From an uncultured Haliea sp. (GTDB lineage: Bacteria > Pseudomonadota > Gammaproteobacteria > Pseudomonadales > Halieaceae), in contig CAXBCH010000014.1 of the NCBI GenBank assembly GCA_963974125.1, positions 32,018 to 96,017 on the forward strand: a stretch of 64,000 nt of DNA, given 5' to 3'. Numbering within the stretch: position 1 is the first letter of the stretch; each line of letters starts with the position of its first letter. Shown piece after piece: positions 19,268-28,913 of the stretch. Made by a program: the position numbers and the translations under genes. The notes below the pieces were generated by a model. It was given only the letters and a program-made list of their open reading frames with translations, did no database searches and was not told the origin of the DNA.

Positions 19268-19627
19268 TTACGGATAGAGGCGCCGGTAGCGGCGTTCGGC
19301 CCACAGGCGATAGGCAGCATCGGCGATCGGGCGAATCAGGGGCCAGCGCAGCCAGCGCCACAGGGGCCCCAGGCGGGTGTGCTGCCACGCGGCCACGTTG
19401 GCATCGATCCCGGTCAGCAGGCGCCCGTCCGCGGTGCGCAGATGCAGGTTGCGCAGGAGCGTTTCCCGATCCGGCAGGGCCGGGTCGGGTTCCAGCGCGT
19501 GGATGTCGCGCAGTTGCAGGCCTGCGTCGCAGAGTTTCCCCAGGCGCGCCATTTCGGTGGTGCACAGGGGGCAGCGACCGTCGTAGTAGAGGATGTCGGC
19601 GAAGTCTTTGGCAGGGTCTGTGTTCAT
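19268..19627 (-). CDS. DCC1-like thiol-disulfide oxidoreductase (DUF393)
   Basis: YYDGRCPLC CxxC motif; AYRLWAERRY C-terminus. Confidence 0.85.
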   Translation of the reverse strand: MNTDPAKDFADILYYDGRCPLCTTEMARLGKLCDAGLQLRDIHALEPDPALPDRETLLRNLHLRTADGRLLTGIDANVAAWQHTRLGPLWRWLRWPLIRPIADAAYRLWAERRYRRLYP

Positions 19628-19637
19628 GTAGCATGGA

Positions 19638-19663
19638 TACGCACCCGGCTCGCCGCTGGATGA
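19638..19663 (-). promoter_or_regulatory. Putative sigmaE (RpoE-ChrR/ECF11) promoter
   Basis: Minus strand TCATCC-N15-GCGTA, one mismatch to the TGATCC-N15-GCGTA consensus, ending 11 bp before the DCC ATG. Confidence 0.55.
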
Positions 19664-19688
19664 CAGCAGCGCGCCGCGGCGCCGGGTT

Positions 19689-20708
19689 TCACTCGATCAG
19701 CTGTACCGCCAGCCGTGACAGGGGCTCGACAAGGTTGCCGCGGGCGTCTGCCTCGGCGCTGGACGCGGTGCCGATCTGCGCCCGCTTCTTGATACCCTGG
19801 ACAATGGCCGCCAGCCGGAACAGGGAGAACACCAGGTAGAAGTTCCAGTTGTCGATACCGTCGCGCCCTGTGCGCTCGCAGTAGCGGGCGATGTATTCCT
19901 CGTCACTGGGGATACCCAGCGATGCGCGGTCGACACCGGCGAGACCCTTCATGCTGCTGTCCCGTGGCAGCATCCAGGCCATGCACTGGTTGGCCAGGTC
20001 CGCCAGCGGATGACCCAGGGTGGAGAGCTCCCAGTCCAGCAGGGCGATGACCCGCGGCTCGGTGGCGTGAAACATCATGTTGTCCAGGCGATAGTCCCCG
20101 TGCACCAGGCTGACGGTGCCGTCGTCCACGGGCATGTTGGCCGGCAGCCACTTGAGCAGGGTTTCCATGTCCGCCACGGTTTCAGTCTCCGAAGCCCGGT
20201 ACTGCTTGGTCCAGCGCCCCAGCTGGCGCTCGAAGTAGTTGCCCGGCTTGCCGTAGTCCGCAAGTCCCACGGCTTCGACGTTGACGTTGTGCAGCGCCGC
20301 CAGGGTCTGGTTCATGGAATCGTAAATGGCGCTGCGCTCGGCATTGTCGGCGGCCTCGGGCAGTACCGGGTCCCAGAGAATACGGCCATCCATGTACTCC
20401 ATGACATAGAACATGGAGCCGATGACCGTTTCGTCCTCACAGAGCACATAGGTACGGGGCACCGGTACGTCGGTGTCCTGCAGGGCGGAAATGACCCGGA
20501 ATTCGCGGTCTACCGCGTGTGCGGAGGGCAGCAGTTCGCCCGGTGGCTTGCGGCGCAGGACATAGGATTGGCCGTTGGCGCTGAGCTTGTAGGTGGGGTT
20601 GGACTGGCCGCCGGGAAATTTTTCCGCCGTGAGTCCCTGGTCGATTCCGGGGATGTAATCTGCGAGGTAGGCGGCAAGCCGCTCCGTATCCATTTGCTGC
20701 GCGCTCAT
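19689..20708 (-). CDS. Phosphotransferase family protein (APH-like, ACAD10/11 kinase-domain type)
   Basis: FPGGQSNPTY, AHAVDREFRV, HGDYRLDN and LDWELSTLGHPLAD; start trimmed to MSAQQMD. Confidence 0.88.
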   Translation of the reverse strand: MSAQQMDTERLAAYLADYIPGIDQGLTAEKFPGGQSNPTYKLSANGQSYVLRRKPPGELLPSAHAVDREFRVISALQDTDVPVPRTYVLCEDETVIGSMFYVMEYMDGRILWDPVLPEAADNAERSAIYDSMNQTLAALHNVNVEAVGLADYGKPGNYFERQLGRWTKQYRASETETVADMETLLKWLPANMPVDDGTVSLVHGDYRLDNMMFHATEPRVIALLDWELSTLGHPLADLANQCMAWMLPRDSSMKGLAGVDRASLGIPSDEEYIARYCERTGRDGIDNWNFYLVFSLFRLAAIVQGIKKRAQIGTASSAEADARGNLVEPLSRLAVQLIE

Positions 20709-20892
20709 GCAAATCCTTGTTTTCAGAAAAAGGTTAACGAACCAGTCTGTCGCCCTGTTGACAGGCAGACAATGACGTGCCGCGACAAAAAAATTGACCG
20801 CAGGGCCCATGGCGCCGGCGGCGTTGAGCGGGCCGCCGGCTCAGGGTATGCTGCCGCCTCCGCGAATGTATAAGTCTAACAGAGGTCAAGTC

Positions 20893-22593
20893 GTGTACGA
20901 ACACTTGCAGCAGGCATGGCAGCAACTGACAGCCACCGGGCAGTTTTTTGAGGTAGAGACCATTGATGTCGGCGGCGTGCCGATTCGCAGCTACAAACAT
21001 GCGCCACCCTCCCTGCGCGAGATCTGGCTGAGCACGGCCGGGCACGGTGACAAGGATTACCTGGTGTTTGCCGGCGAGCGCTGCAGCTATGCCCAGGCCC
21101 AGACCTTTACCGCCAGTATTGCCCACTGGTTGCACACGGAGGGGGTCAAGCCCGGGGACCGCGTCGCCATTGCCATGCGCAACTATCCCGAGTGGATGCT
21201 GGCCTACTGGGCCGTTACCTCCATGGGCGCGGTGGTCGTGGGCATGAATGCCTGGTGGGTCGCCCACGAGATGGAGTTTGCGCTGGAAGACGCGGCGCCG
21301 GTAGTGCTGATCTGTGACCGCGAGCGCCTGCAACGCTTCGAAGCGGTGCGCGATAAGTTCCCCTCACTCAGGGTCGTGGCGGTGCGCCTGCAGGACGAGG
21401 CCCCGGACTGGGCTGCCGACTGGATGGAGTTGATCAATGCGGAACCGGCGCTGCCGAGCGTCAGCATCGATCCCAATGACGACGCCTGTATTTTCTATAC
21501 CTCCGGCACCACCGGTCGCCCCAAGGGCGCGCGGCTGACCCACCGTGGCTGCGTCGCCAATATCCTCAATGTCGGTTTCATCAATACCGTGCAGCCCGTG
21601 GCGATGGCCCTGGCCCGGGGTGAGACGCCACCGGCACCCGGTTCGACGCCGGCGCCCAACTCCCTGGTGGCAACGCCCCTGTTCCACGTCACCGCCAACA
21701 ACTGCGTTGCCCACGCCACTACCGTGGCGGGAGGCAAACTGGTGCACATGTACAAGTGGGATCCGGCGGAGGCGCTGCGCCTGATCGAGGAAGAGCGCAT
21801 TACCACCTTCAACGGTGTACCGATGATGGCGCGGGAAATTCTCGCGCACCCGGATTTTGCCCGTCGCGACACTTCCTCCCTGACCGTGCTCGGGGGCGGC
21901 GGCGCTGCGCTGCAACCGGATCTGGTGGAGAAGATCCAGCAGCGCTCGAAGTCCGCGCGGCCCAACACCGGTTATGGCATGACCGAGACCAGTGGCATTA
22001 TCGCCGCGGTTTCCGCCGAGTTCTTTGTCGACAAGCCCGCCAGCGTCGGTCCCGCCATGCCGACCTTCGAAGCCAAGTGTGTCGGCGCCAGCGGGGAGGA
22101 TCTCGGCGCCAATGCGACAGGCGAACTCTGGGTGCGGGGCGCGCCGGTGATCAAGGGCTACCTGAACCGCCCCGACGCCACCGCAGAGTCGATTACCGAT
22201 GGCTGGCTGCACACCGGCGATATCGCCTACATCGACGACGAGGGCTTCATCTTTCTGGTGGACCGGGCCAAGGACATGGTGCTGCGGGGGGGCGAGAACA
22301 TCTACTGTGCGGAAGTGGAGAACGCCCTGTTTGCCCACGAGGACGTGGCCGAATGTGTGGTGTTTGCGGTGGCCGATCAGCGTCTGGGGGAGGAGGTGGG
22401 CGCTGCCGTCCATCTGCGACCCGGTGCCAGCGCTGATCCCGCACACCTGCGCGCCCACTGCGCCGGCCTGCTCGCGCCCTACAAGGTGCCGCGCTATCTC
22501 TGGCTCATGCCCGAGCCTCTGCCACGCAACGCCAATGGCAAGTTCCTCAAGCGTGAGCTGCGGGAGTCCCTGCAGGTAGCCGACGCGCTCTGA
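20893..22593 (+). CDS. Long-chain acyl-CoA synthetase (class I adenylate-forming enzyme)
   Basis: YTSGTTGRPKG, GYGMTET and LHTGDIA; GTG start after AGAGG. Confidence 0.9.
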   Translation: MYEHLQQAWQQLTATGQFFEVETIDVGGVPIRSYKHAPPSLREIWLSTAGHGDKDYLVFAGERCSYAQAQTFTASIAHWLHTEGVKPGDRVAIAMRNYPEWMLAYWAVTSMGAVVVGMNAWWVAHEMEFALEDAAPVVLICDRERLQRFEAVRDKFPSLRVVAVRLQDEAPDWAADWMELINAEPALPSVSIDPNDDACIFYTSGTTGRPKGARLTHRGCVANILNVGFINTVQPVAMALARGETPPAPGSTPAPNSLVATPLFHVTANNCVAHATTVAGGKLVHMYKWDPAEALRLIEEERITTFNGVPMMAREILAHPDFARRDTSSLTVLGGGGAALQPDLVEKIQQRSKSARPNTGYGMTETSGIIAAVSAEFFVDKPASVGPAMPTFEAKCVGASGEDLGANATGELWVRGAPVIKGYLNRPDATAESITDGWLHTGDIAYIDDEGFIFLVDRAKDMVLRGGENIYCAEVENALFAHEDVAECVVFAVADQRLGEEVGAAVHLRPGASADPAHLRAHCAGLLAPYKVPRYLWLMPEPLPRNANGKFLKRELRESLQVADAL

Positions 22594-23367
22594 TCAGCTC
22601 TCGACGAAGGCCCGCTCGATCACGTAGTGGGCCGCTGTGCCGTGGCGGGACTCTTTGAAGCCGCGCTCGTTCAGCAGTCGGGTCATGTCCTTGAGCATGC
22701 TCGGGCTGCCGCAGATCATGAAGCGGTCCCGCTCCGGGTCGATGGCCTCGAGACCCAGGTCAGCGGGCATTTTGCCGCTGGCGAGCAGGTCTGTCAGGCG
22801 CCCGGTGTTGCGGAAGGCCTCACGGGTCACCGTGGGGTAGTAGCGCAGTTTCTGCCTGATGTCCTCGCCCAGGTATTCGTGTGCAGGCAGTTCCCGGGTA
22901 ATGCTGTCCTGGTAAGCCAATTCGCTGGCATGGCGGCAGCCGTGGGCGAGAATGACCTTGTCGAAACGCTCGTAGATTGCCGGGTCCTTGATGATGCTGA
23001 GGAAGGGCGCCAGCCCGGTGCCCGTGCCCAGCAGGTAGAGATTCTTCCCCGGCAGCAGGTTGTCCGCGACCAGGGTTCCGGTGGCCTTGCTGTTAACCAG
23101 CAGTTCGTCACCGACGCGGATATTCTGCAATTGGGAAGTGAGCGGGCCATCGGCGACCTTGATGCTGAAAAACTCCAGCTGGTCCTCGTAGTTGGCGCTG
23201 GCCATGCTGTAGGCCCGCAGCAGGGGTTTGCCCTCCCGTTCCAGCCCGATCATGGTGAAGTGGCCGTTCTCGAAGCGGAAGCCCGGGTTGCGGGTGGTCT
23301 TGAAACTGAACAGACGATCGGTCCAGTGGTGGACCTCGGTCACCTGTTCGCGCAGCAGCGTTGCCAT
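22594..23367 (-). CDS. fpr: Ferredoxin--NADP+ reductase (subclass I)
   Basis: RAYSMAS FAD motif, GTGTGLAPF, MICGSPSM and C-terminal IERAFVE; divergent from a LysR gene as in Pseudomonas. Confidence 0.93.
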   Translation of the reverse strand: MATLLREQVTEVHHWTDRLFSFKTTRNPGFRFENGHFTMIGLEREGKPLLRAYSMASANYEDQLEFFSIKVADGPLTSQLQNIRVGDELLVNSKATGTLVADNLLPGKNLYLLGTGTGLAPFLSIIKDPAIYERFDKVILAHGCRHASELAYQDSITRELPAHEYLGEDIRQKLRYYPTVTREAFRNTGRLTDLLASGKMPADLGLEAIDPERDRFMICGSPSMLKDMTRLLNERGFKESRHGTAAHYVIERAFVES

Positions 23368-23419
23368 ATCGTGGTCCTCATGTGCGGTTGATAGCCAGGT
23401 GACAGAGCATAGAGCCTTC

Positions 23420-23477
23420 CCCTATATTGATAAAACAGTTTTTATGGATATAATATATCGATTAAATCAATATAGGG
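23420..23477. promoter_or_regulatory. AT-rich fpr/finR divergent control region with 12-bp inverted repeat and LysR T-N11-A box
   Basis: CCCTATATTGAT 23420-23431 / ATCAATATAGGG 23466-23477; ATCGAT-TAA-ATCAAT at 23457-23471. Confidence 0.6.
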
Positions 23478-23484
23478 TTCGGTC

Positions 23485-24369
23485 TTGCGCTACACGCTGC
23501 GACAACTGGAGGTCTTTCTTGCCACCGCGCACCATGAGAACGTCAGCCGCGCAGCGGACAGCCTGGCGATGTCCCAGTCAGCCGCCAGCGGGGCGCTGCG
23601 CGAACTGGAACAGCAGTTTGACGTGCAGCTGTTCGATCGCATTGGCAAGCGCCTGCGCCTGAGCGAACTCGGCCGCCAGTTGCGCCCGGCGGCGGAGGAT
23701 TTGCAGGCCCGGGCCCGGGCCTTCGAACAGTCGCTGACCGGGGATGAGGTCAGCGGCCGCCTGCAGGTGGGCGCTACATTGACCATCGGCAATTACCTGG
23801 CAGTGCCCATGATTGCAGACTTCCGCCAGCGCTATCCAGCTGCCGACATCGCCCTGACAGTGGCCAATACAGCGGCGATCGCCGAGGGGGTGGCAAATTT
23901 CGAGCTCGATATCGGCCTGGTCGAGGGCGAGTTCGTGCACCCTGATCTGCACAGTCAACACTGGCAGGCGGACGAGCTGGCCGTTTTTGCCGCCCCCGGT
24001 CATCCCCTGGCCCGGCGCCGCGCGTTGAGCGATCGGGACCTGCTGCAGCTGGAATGGATCGTGCGGGAGCCGGGCTCGGGCACCCGCCAGACCTTCGAGC
24101 GCGCCATGCACGGCCTGTTGCCGGAGCTGCGGATAGTGCTGGAGCTGCAGCACACCGAGGCGATCAAGCGGGCAGTGGAAGCGGGCCTGGGCGTGGGCTG
24201 CCTGTCCAGGATCAGTCTGGTGGAGGCGTTCGCCCGCGGCTCCCTGGTCCCGCTGCGGGTGCCCGGGCGCGATTTCAGCCGCCAGCTCCATATCGTTCTG
24301 CACCGTCACAAGTACCATACTGCAGGCCTCAGGCACTGGCTGCAGCTGTGCCGGGAGCGGGCCCATTAA
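23485..24369 (+). CDS. finR: LysR family regulator FinR
   Basis: MRYTLRQLEVFLATAHHENVSRAA HTH, GATLTIGNYL and REPGSGTR; divergent from fpr. Confidence 0.85.
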   Translation: MRYTLRQLEVFLATAHHENVSRAADSLAMSQSAASGALRELEQQFDVQLFDRIGKRLRLSELGRQLRPAAEDLQARARAFEQSLTGDEVSGRLQVGATLTIGNYLAVPMIADFRQRYPAADIALTVANTAAIAEGVANFELDIGLVEGEFVHPDLHSQHWQADELAVFAAPGHPLARRRALSDRDLLQLEWIVREPGSGTRQTFERAMHGLLPELRIVLELQHTEAIKRAVEAGLGVGCLSRISLVEAFARGSLVPLRVPGRDFSRQLHIVLHRHKYHTAGLRHWLQLCRERAH

Positions 24370-24402
24370 CCCGGCGGCTGGATCCGGTTACACTTTGCGT
24401 CC

Positions 24403-24951
24403 ATGACGACACTCATTTCCACGGAGCACCCGCCCAGGGTGCGGCCAATCGACGCACAGCAGCGGCGACAGGTGGTGGCTGCCACCGAAGGCTGGATCGA
24501 TCGTGCGGGGCAGCTGCTGGGCTTGTCGCTGGCGCCGGTGCCGGTGCTGTTTGATCTCCGCGGCGCTACCGCAGGCATGTTTCGCGCCCGCGGCAGGGAA
24601 TGCTGGATTCGTTTCAACCCCTGGATTTTCGCCAAGCATTTTGACGACAACCTCCACGTTACGGTGCCCCATGAAGTGGCGCACTACGCGGTGCACTGTC
24701 AGCGCCACCGGCGTCGGGTGCGGCCACACGGGCCGGAGTGGCAGCGGGTCATGCGGGGCTTCGGCCTGCCTCCGGAGGTGACCTTCAAGCTGGATTTGGC
24801 GGGAGTTCCGGTCCGGCGCCAGCAGCGCCACGCCTACCGCTGCGCCTGTCGCGACCACGAGGTATCCACTGTGCGCCACAAGCGCATGCTGGAGGGCCGG
24901 GCCCGCTACCTGTGCCGCTACTGCGACGCGCCCCTGCTCCCTGTCCTCTGA
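24403..24951 (+). CDS. SprT family zinc metalloprotease
   Basis: VPHEVAH HExxH, HGPEWQRVM and C-terminal YRCAC...LCRYC zinc ribbon. Confidence 0.87.
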   Translation: MTTLISTEHPPRVRPIDAQQRRQVVAATEGWIDRAGQLLGLSLAPVPVLFDLRGATAGMFRARGRECWIRFNPWIFAKHFDDNLHVTVPHEVAHYAVHCQRHRRRVRPHGPEWQRVMRGFGLPPEVTFKLDLAGVPVRRQQRHAYRCACRDHEVSTVRHKRMLEGRARYLCRYCDAPLLPVL

Positions 24952-24960
24952 GGCGACACC

Positions 24961-27834
24961 TCAGGTGTCCACGGACAGCTCTACGCCGCTGAAAGTATTG
25001 GCTTCGGCCTCCAGCTCCGGGGCTGCCAGAACCACCCGCTCAGGGTCGACAGCCCCCTCATTGACCAGGAAGCGCTTGCTGCTGGCAGCGCGATCGCTGG
25101 CCAGCGCCAGCAGCGCGCTGTCCGGCACCGGCCACTGGTCGCGCAGGATCCGCGCCTGCTGCAACAGGGACGGCGCCGGCTGCTCCGGATTCTGCGACGC
25201 AGCCGTGTCCAGTTGGGCGTAGCGTTCGGCGATTTCCGCCTGCCAGGCCTCGCTGCGCTCGCTGATGTCCTCCGCGCTGAGCCCCTGTTGCAGCAGCGCT
25301 GCCCGCAGCAACTGCTCCTGCAGGCTCGCCCGGTCTGTCTCCGGGTCGATCAGACCGGTGACAACCAGGCTCAGCCCCGGTCGCTGTTGCATGGCGGCGG
25401 CCAGATCGCGCAGCTTGCCTTGACCGTGACTGTCCAGGTCACTGCCGCCGGCAGGAAAATCAACGGTGCGCAGATCCTCGCTGCTGCCCACCAGGCTGGC
25501 AAGAAAGCTGAAGGGTGCGGTGATCGCCTTGCCGACCAGGTTCACGAAGGCGCCGGCGATGACGCTGCCGAGACTGAACTGCGGGTTGTTTACATCCCCG
25601 CTGACCGGGACCGCGAGGTCGATGACGCCGTTGCTGTCGGTCAGCAGGGCAATCCCCAGGCGCAGCGGCAGGTCGAGGGCCTTGTCGCTGGCTACCCGGT
25701 CGCCCAGCTTGAGCTGGTTGATCACGATCCGGTTGTCGCCCTGCAGGCGGTTGTTTTGCAGGCTGTAACCCAGTTGGGCATTGAGTGTGCCGCGCTCAAT
25801 CGCATAACCGGCATAGGTCCCGGAATAGGGCGTCAGGCGGGACATGTCGAGGCCGCGAAAGTCCAGGTCCAGATCCAGGGCCGGTGGCGACCGCAGGGGG
25901 CTGGCGGTGCCGGTCAGGGTCACCGGCGCGTAACCGTCAACCGAGCCGCGCAGGTCCACCTGCAGCGCTTCCGCGGGGTCACTGCTGAGGTTGGTAATGG
26001 TGCCGTCGAGGTCGCCAATGACGGTGCGGAACTGGATCGGCAGTGATTGGTCCTGGAAGTCAATGGCACTGTCGGCGACGAAGATCGCCGGAGCGCTGAA
26101 CTGCCAGGGAGTCTGCTCCCCGGACCCGGACCCGGAATCGGAATCGGACCCGACTTCGGACTTGGACGCGGACCCGGAAGAGGTGTCCATCTCGGCGTCC
26201 GCTTGCTGTTCCAGCAGGCGCTGGATGTTGATGCTGCCATCCTCCTGAATGTGCAGGCGCCCCTGGTAGCCCTCCAGATGCAGCTCTGCCAGAGTGATGC
26301 TGCGTTCCTGCAGGGCTACGGTCAGTCCCTGCCAGTGCAGGTTGTCCCAGCGCGTGAGGGCGTCCTCGGCGCCGTGCAGGACCATGGCGAAGTCGGTCAC
26401 GGCGCCGTCTACGGCCACTGTCTCGGGCTGAAAGTCGGCCAGCGTGAGGCGGCCCGCGGTCCGCGCTGCGCCGCTGCTGATTTCGGCGCGCAGGAGCGAC
26501 GGCAGGTTGGGGCCGAACCAGGCCAGCGGCAGTCCCTCCAGGGCAAAGTCGAGTTCCGCGCTACCCGCACCGGGATCCACGCTGCCCTCGGCTTCCAGGC
26601 TGGCGAGCTGGTTGATCTGCAGGGCCAGGGTGAGGGGGCTGGCGCCCCGGCCAGGCCAGTGCAGATCGCGCAGCTCCGCGGTCAGCGGCCGGACCGTGAG
26701 CAGGCCCGGCTCGGTGAACTCGCTGCGCCAGGCCGCTTCGCTGTTGCGCAATTCGAACAGGCCCAGATGCAGGCGCCAGGGGGAGTCCGTGGCTGTTTCG
26801 TCTTCGTCACCCGCCTCGGTTGCGGGCAGTGCAAACAGCTCCGCCAGGCTCACCTGGTCGCCCTGACTCCAGCCGCGCAGGTTCAGACCATCCGCTGTGA
26901 CGCGCCCCAGGCCGAGGGTTTGCTGGCTGCCGTCAAGGCTGATAGCGGACAACTTCAGGGATGCCAGTGCCACTCCTGTATCCGGCAGGCGCTCGCTGTC
27001 GCGGGGACTGATCCGCGTATCGATGATCTCGATGTCGCCGTCAGTCACCGAGTAATCCACAGCGTCCTGCCAGGAGGCGCTGTACTGCAGGGACAGATTG
27101 AGCCGGCTGCTGACAAGTTCGAAAGCGAGCCACGGTTCGGCGAAGCGCCAGATCGGGCGCAGGTCAATGTCCTCCAGCTCCAGGCTGCCCCTGCTGCTGC
27201 CGGCGGCGAGGGACAGGTCCCCCTGCCATTGCAGCTGACCGCCACCCTCGCCGCGGGCCTGGAGGCGATAGGGTTGGCCCGCTGCCGTGACGGTGGACAG
27301 GTCGGTGACTGCCAGCTGCAGGCCGTCCAGGTAGGTATTGTAGCCATCGGGATGCTGCTGGTCGGTGACTTCGATCCGCTGCGCGCTCAGCTGCAGGGAG
27401 CCGATGGCGAGCGCTGGCAGCTCAGCGGAGTCGGTGTCTGGCGGGTTTTCCTCCTCCGTTCCGGGGGACGACGGCAGCAGGTCGCCGATATTGAGGCTGC
27501 CGTCGGCATTGCGCTGCAAATGCAGGTACAGTTGCTCCAGCGCCACGCTATCGAACACCAGGCCCGGGCGGATCAGGCTGGCCAGGGAAAAATTGACCTC
27601 CGCCCGATCGAAGTCCAGGAAGCGACTGCCGTCGGGCTCGGCCAGGGCGCCCTGGCGGATTTCCAGCGCCAGGGTGAACGGGTTGAAGAGCACCAGCTCG
27701 GTGGTGAGGGTGCGCCCCCACTGCTCTTTCGCCAGCCAGGGCGGGAGAAAATTCAGCGCTGGCAGCAGGATAAAAAAGGCAACGGCGAGATAGGCGGCGT
27801 AGGCGTAAATCAAACCTCGGAACGCGGTTCGCAC
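24961..27834 (-). CDS. DUF748 domain (AsmA-like) envelope protein
   Basis: N-terminal TM, repeated beta-rich DUF748 segments, PYSGTYAGYAIERG and LPLRLGIALLTDSNGVIDL; GTG start after AAGGAG. Confidence 0.8.
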   Translation of the reverse strand: MRTAFRGLIYAYAAYLAVAFFILLPALNFLPPWLAKEQWGRTLTTELVLFNPFTLALEIRQGALAEPDGSRFLDFDRAEVNFSLASLIRPGLVFDSVALEQLYLHLQRNADGSLNIGDLLPSSPGTEEENPPDTDSAELPALAIGSLQLSAQRIEVTDQQHPDGYNTYLDGLQLAVTDLSTVTAAGQPYRLQARGEGGGQLQWQGDLSLAAGSSRGSLELEDIDLRPIWRFAEPWLAFELVSSRLNLSLQYSASWQDAVDYSVTDGDIEIIDTRISPRDSERLPDTGVALASLKLSAISLDGSQQTLGLGRVTADGLNLRGWSQGDQVSLAELFALPATEAGDEDETATDSPWRLHLGLFELRNSEAAWRSEFTEPGLLTVRPLTAELRDLHWPGRGASPLTLALQINQLASLEAEGSVDPGAGSAELDFALEGLPLAWFGPNLPSLLRAEISSGAARTAGRLTLADFQPETVAVDGAVTDFAMVLHGAEDALTRWDNLHWQGLTVALQERSITLAELHLEGYQGRLHIQEDGSINIQRLLEQQADAEMDTSSGSASKSEVGSDSDSGSGSGEQTPWQFSAPAIFVADSAIDFQDQSLPIQFRTVIGDLDGTITNLSSDPAEALQVDLRGSVDGYAPVTLTGTASPLRSPPALDLDLDFRGLDMSRLTPYSGTYAGYAIERGTLNAQLGYSLQNNRLQGDNRIVINQLKLGDRVASDKALDLPLRLGIALLTDSNGVIDLAVPVSGDVNNPQFSLGSVIAGAFVNLVGKAITAPFSFLASLVGSSEDLRTVDFPAGGSDLDSHGQGKLRDLAAAMQQRPGLSLVVTGLIDPETDRASLQEQLLRAALLQQGLSAEDISERSEAWQAEIAERYAQLDTAASQNPEQPAPSLLQQARILRDQWPVPDSALLALASDRAASSKRFLVNEGAVDPERVVLAAPELEAEANTFSGVELSVDT

Positions 27835-27914
27835 AGTACGGTCTCCTTGCACGTCAGTGGTCGGCTCGTCACCGTACTATAGTCAAGTGGCTGCCCGCGG
27901 GCATCCACGCAGGT

Positions 27915-28913
27915 TCAGAGTCCCTTGCGATAGGTATAGGGGGTGACGCCGGTCCAGCCCTTGAAGGCGCGAATAAAGGCGCTGGACTCGGAAAAGCCCG
28001 CACGGCAGGCGATATCCTCAATCGACAGTCCCTGCTTGCCCAGGTAGTGCAGGGCAGTATCGCGCCGCAGCTGGTTTTTGATGTCCTTGAAAGTGGTGCC
28101 TTCGGCGGACAGGCGTCGTCGCAGGGTCTGCGGATGGATGTCGAGGGACTCCGCTACCGCGCCCAGTTCCGGCATCTCGTGCAGGCTGTGGCGTATCTGG
28201 TCGCGGACCCGCGCGGTCCAGCTGTTGCGCTGGAAGTCCTGGGTCAGCATCATCAATACCGGATGGCGCAGATAGTGGCGCAGGCTCTGTTCGGTCTGGG
28301 AGATGCGCTTGTCCATCAGTGTCGTCGAAAATACCAGCTCACAGTATTCGGCATCGAAATGGACAGGGTTGGCAAGGAACATGTGCCGGTAGTCCTCTGG
28401 CCGCGCAGCGGGTGCATAGGCCAGGTTGACCGCTTGCAGCGGCAGGTGCTCCTGCACCAGCCAGCTGCCGAAGCGGTGGGCATTGAACAGCATCAGCTCG
28501 ACCGGATAGGGCTTGGGCGGGTCCTGTGTGTCCTGCTGCAGCCGCAGCCTTACCAGGTCGGCCTCTTCCAGCAGGGCGGGGAAGGGCGTTGCTTCAAACA
28601 GCTGGAAAAAGCGGCAGTAGCGGTTCAGGGCCTGCCCCAGGGTTTCGCAGCCGATGACCGCGTGGCACATCATCGACCAGGTGCCGATTGGCAGGCGGCG
28701 ACTGGTGTAGCCCAGGGCTTCGTCGTTCATGGCCAGCATGGTGCTGACCTGGAGGTCGGCGAAGCGCTCAATGGAGATGCGTGCGCCTTCCTCCAGCAAC
28801 AGGCGGGGGGATATCCGGTTCTTGCGCAGCAGCTGCATGGGATCCAGGCCAATGGCGACGGCGTTGCGCAGCACCGCGCGGGCGAAGTACACCGATATCG
28901 ACAGTTCGCGCAC
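27915..28913 (-). CDS. AraC family transcriptional regulator (OruR-like N domain)
   Basis: C-terminal double HTH (PQTLRRRL...AGFSESSAFIRAFKGWTGVTP). Confidence 0.88.
   Translation of the reverse strand: MRELSISVYFARAVLRNAVAIGLDPMQLLRKNRISPRLLLEEGARISIERFADLQVSTMLAMNDEALGYTSRRLPIGTWSMMCHAVIGCETLGQALNRYCRFFQLFEATPFPALLEEADLVRLRLQQDTQDPPKPYPVELMLFNAHRFGSWLVQEHLPLQAVNLAYAPAARPEDYRHMFLANPVHFDAEYCELVFSTTLMDKRISQTEQSLRHYLRHPVLMMLTQDFQRNSWTARVRDQIRHSLHEMPELGAVAESLDIHPQTLRRRLSAEGTTFKDIKNQLRRDTALHYLGKQGLSIEDIACRAGFSESSAFIRAFKGWTGVTPYTYRKGL

Noticed and set aside
18621-19634. 337-aa ORF as a single protein
   Set aside because: The N-terminal ~126 aa is an off-frame overlap of the DCC gene; the real flavin reductase starts at 19253.
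23458-23470. FNR/Anr box
   Set aside because: TCGAT-N3-ATCAA has a 3-bp spacer, not the TTGAT-N4-ATCAA required; it fits a LysR T-N11-A box better.
26118-26180. 6-bp repeat tract as a contingency locus
   Set aside because: Imperfect, in-frame codon repeats encoding a Ser/Gly/Asp linker; length changes would not shift the frame.
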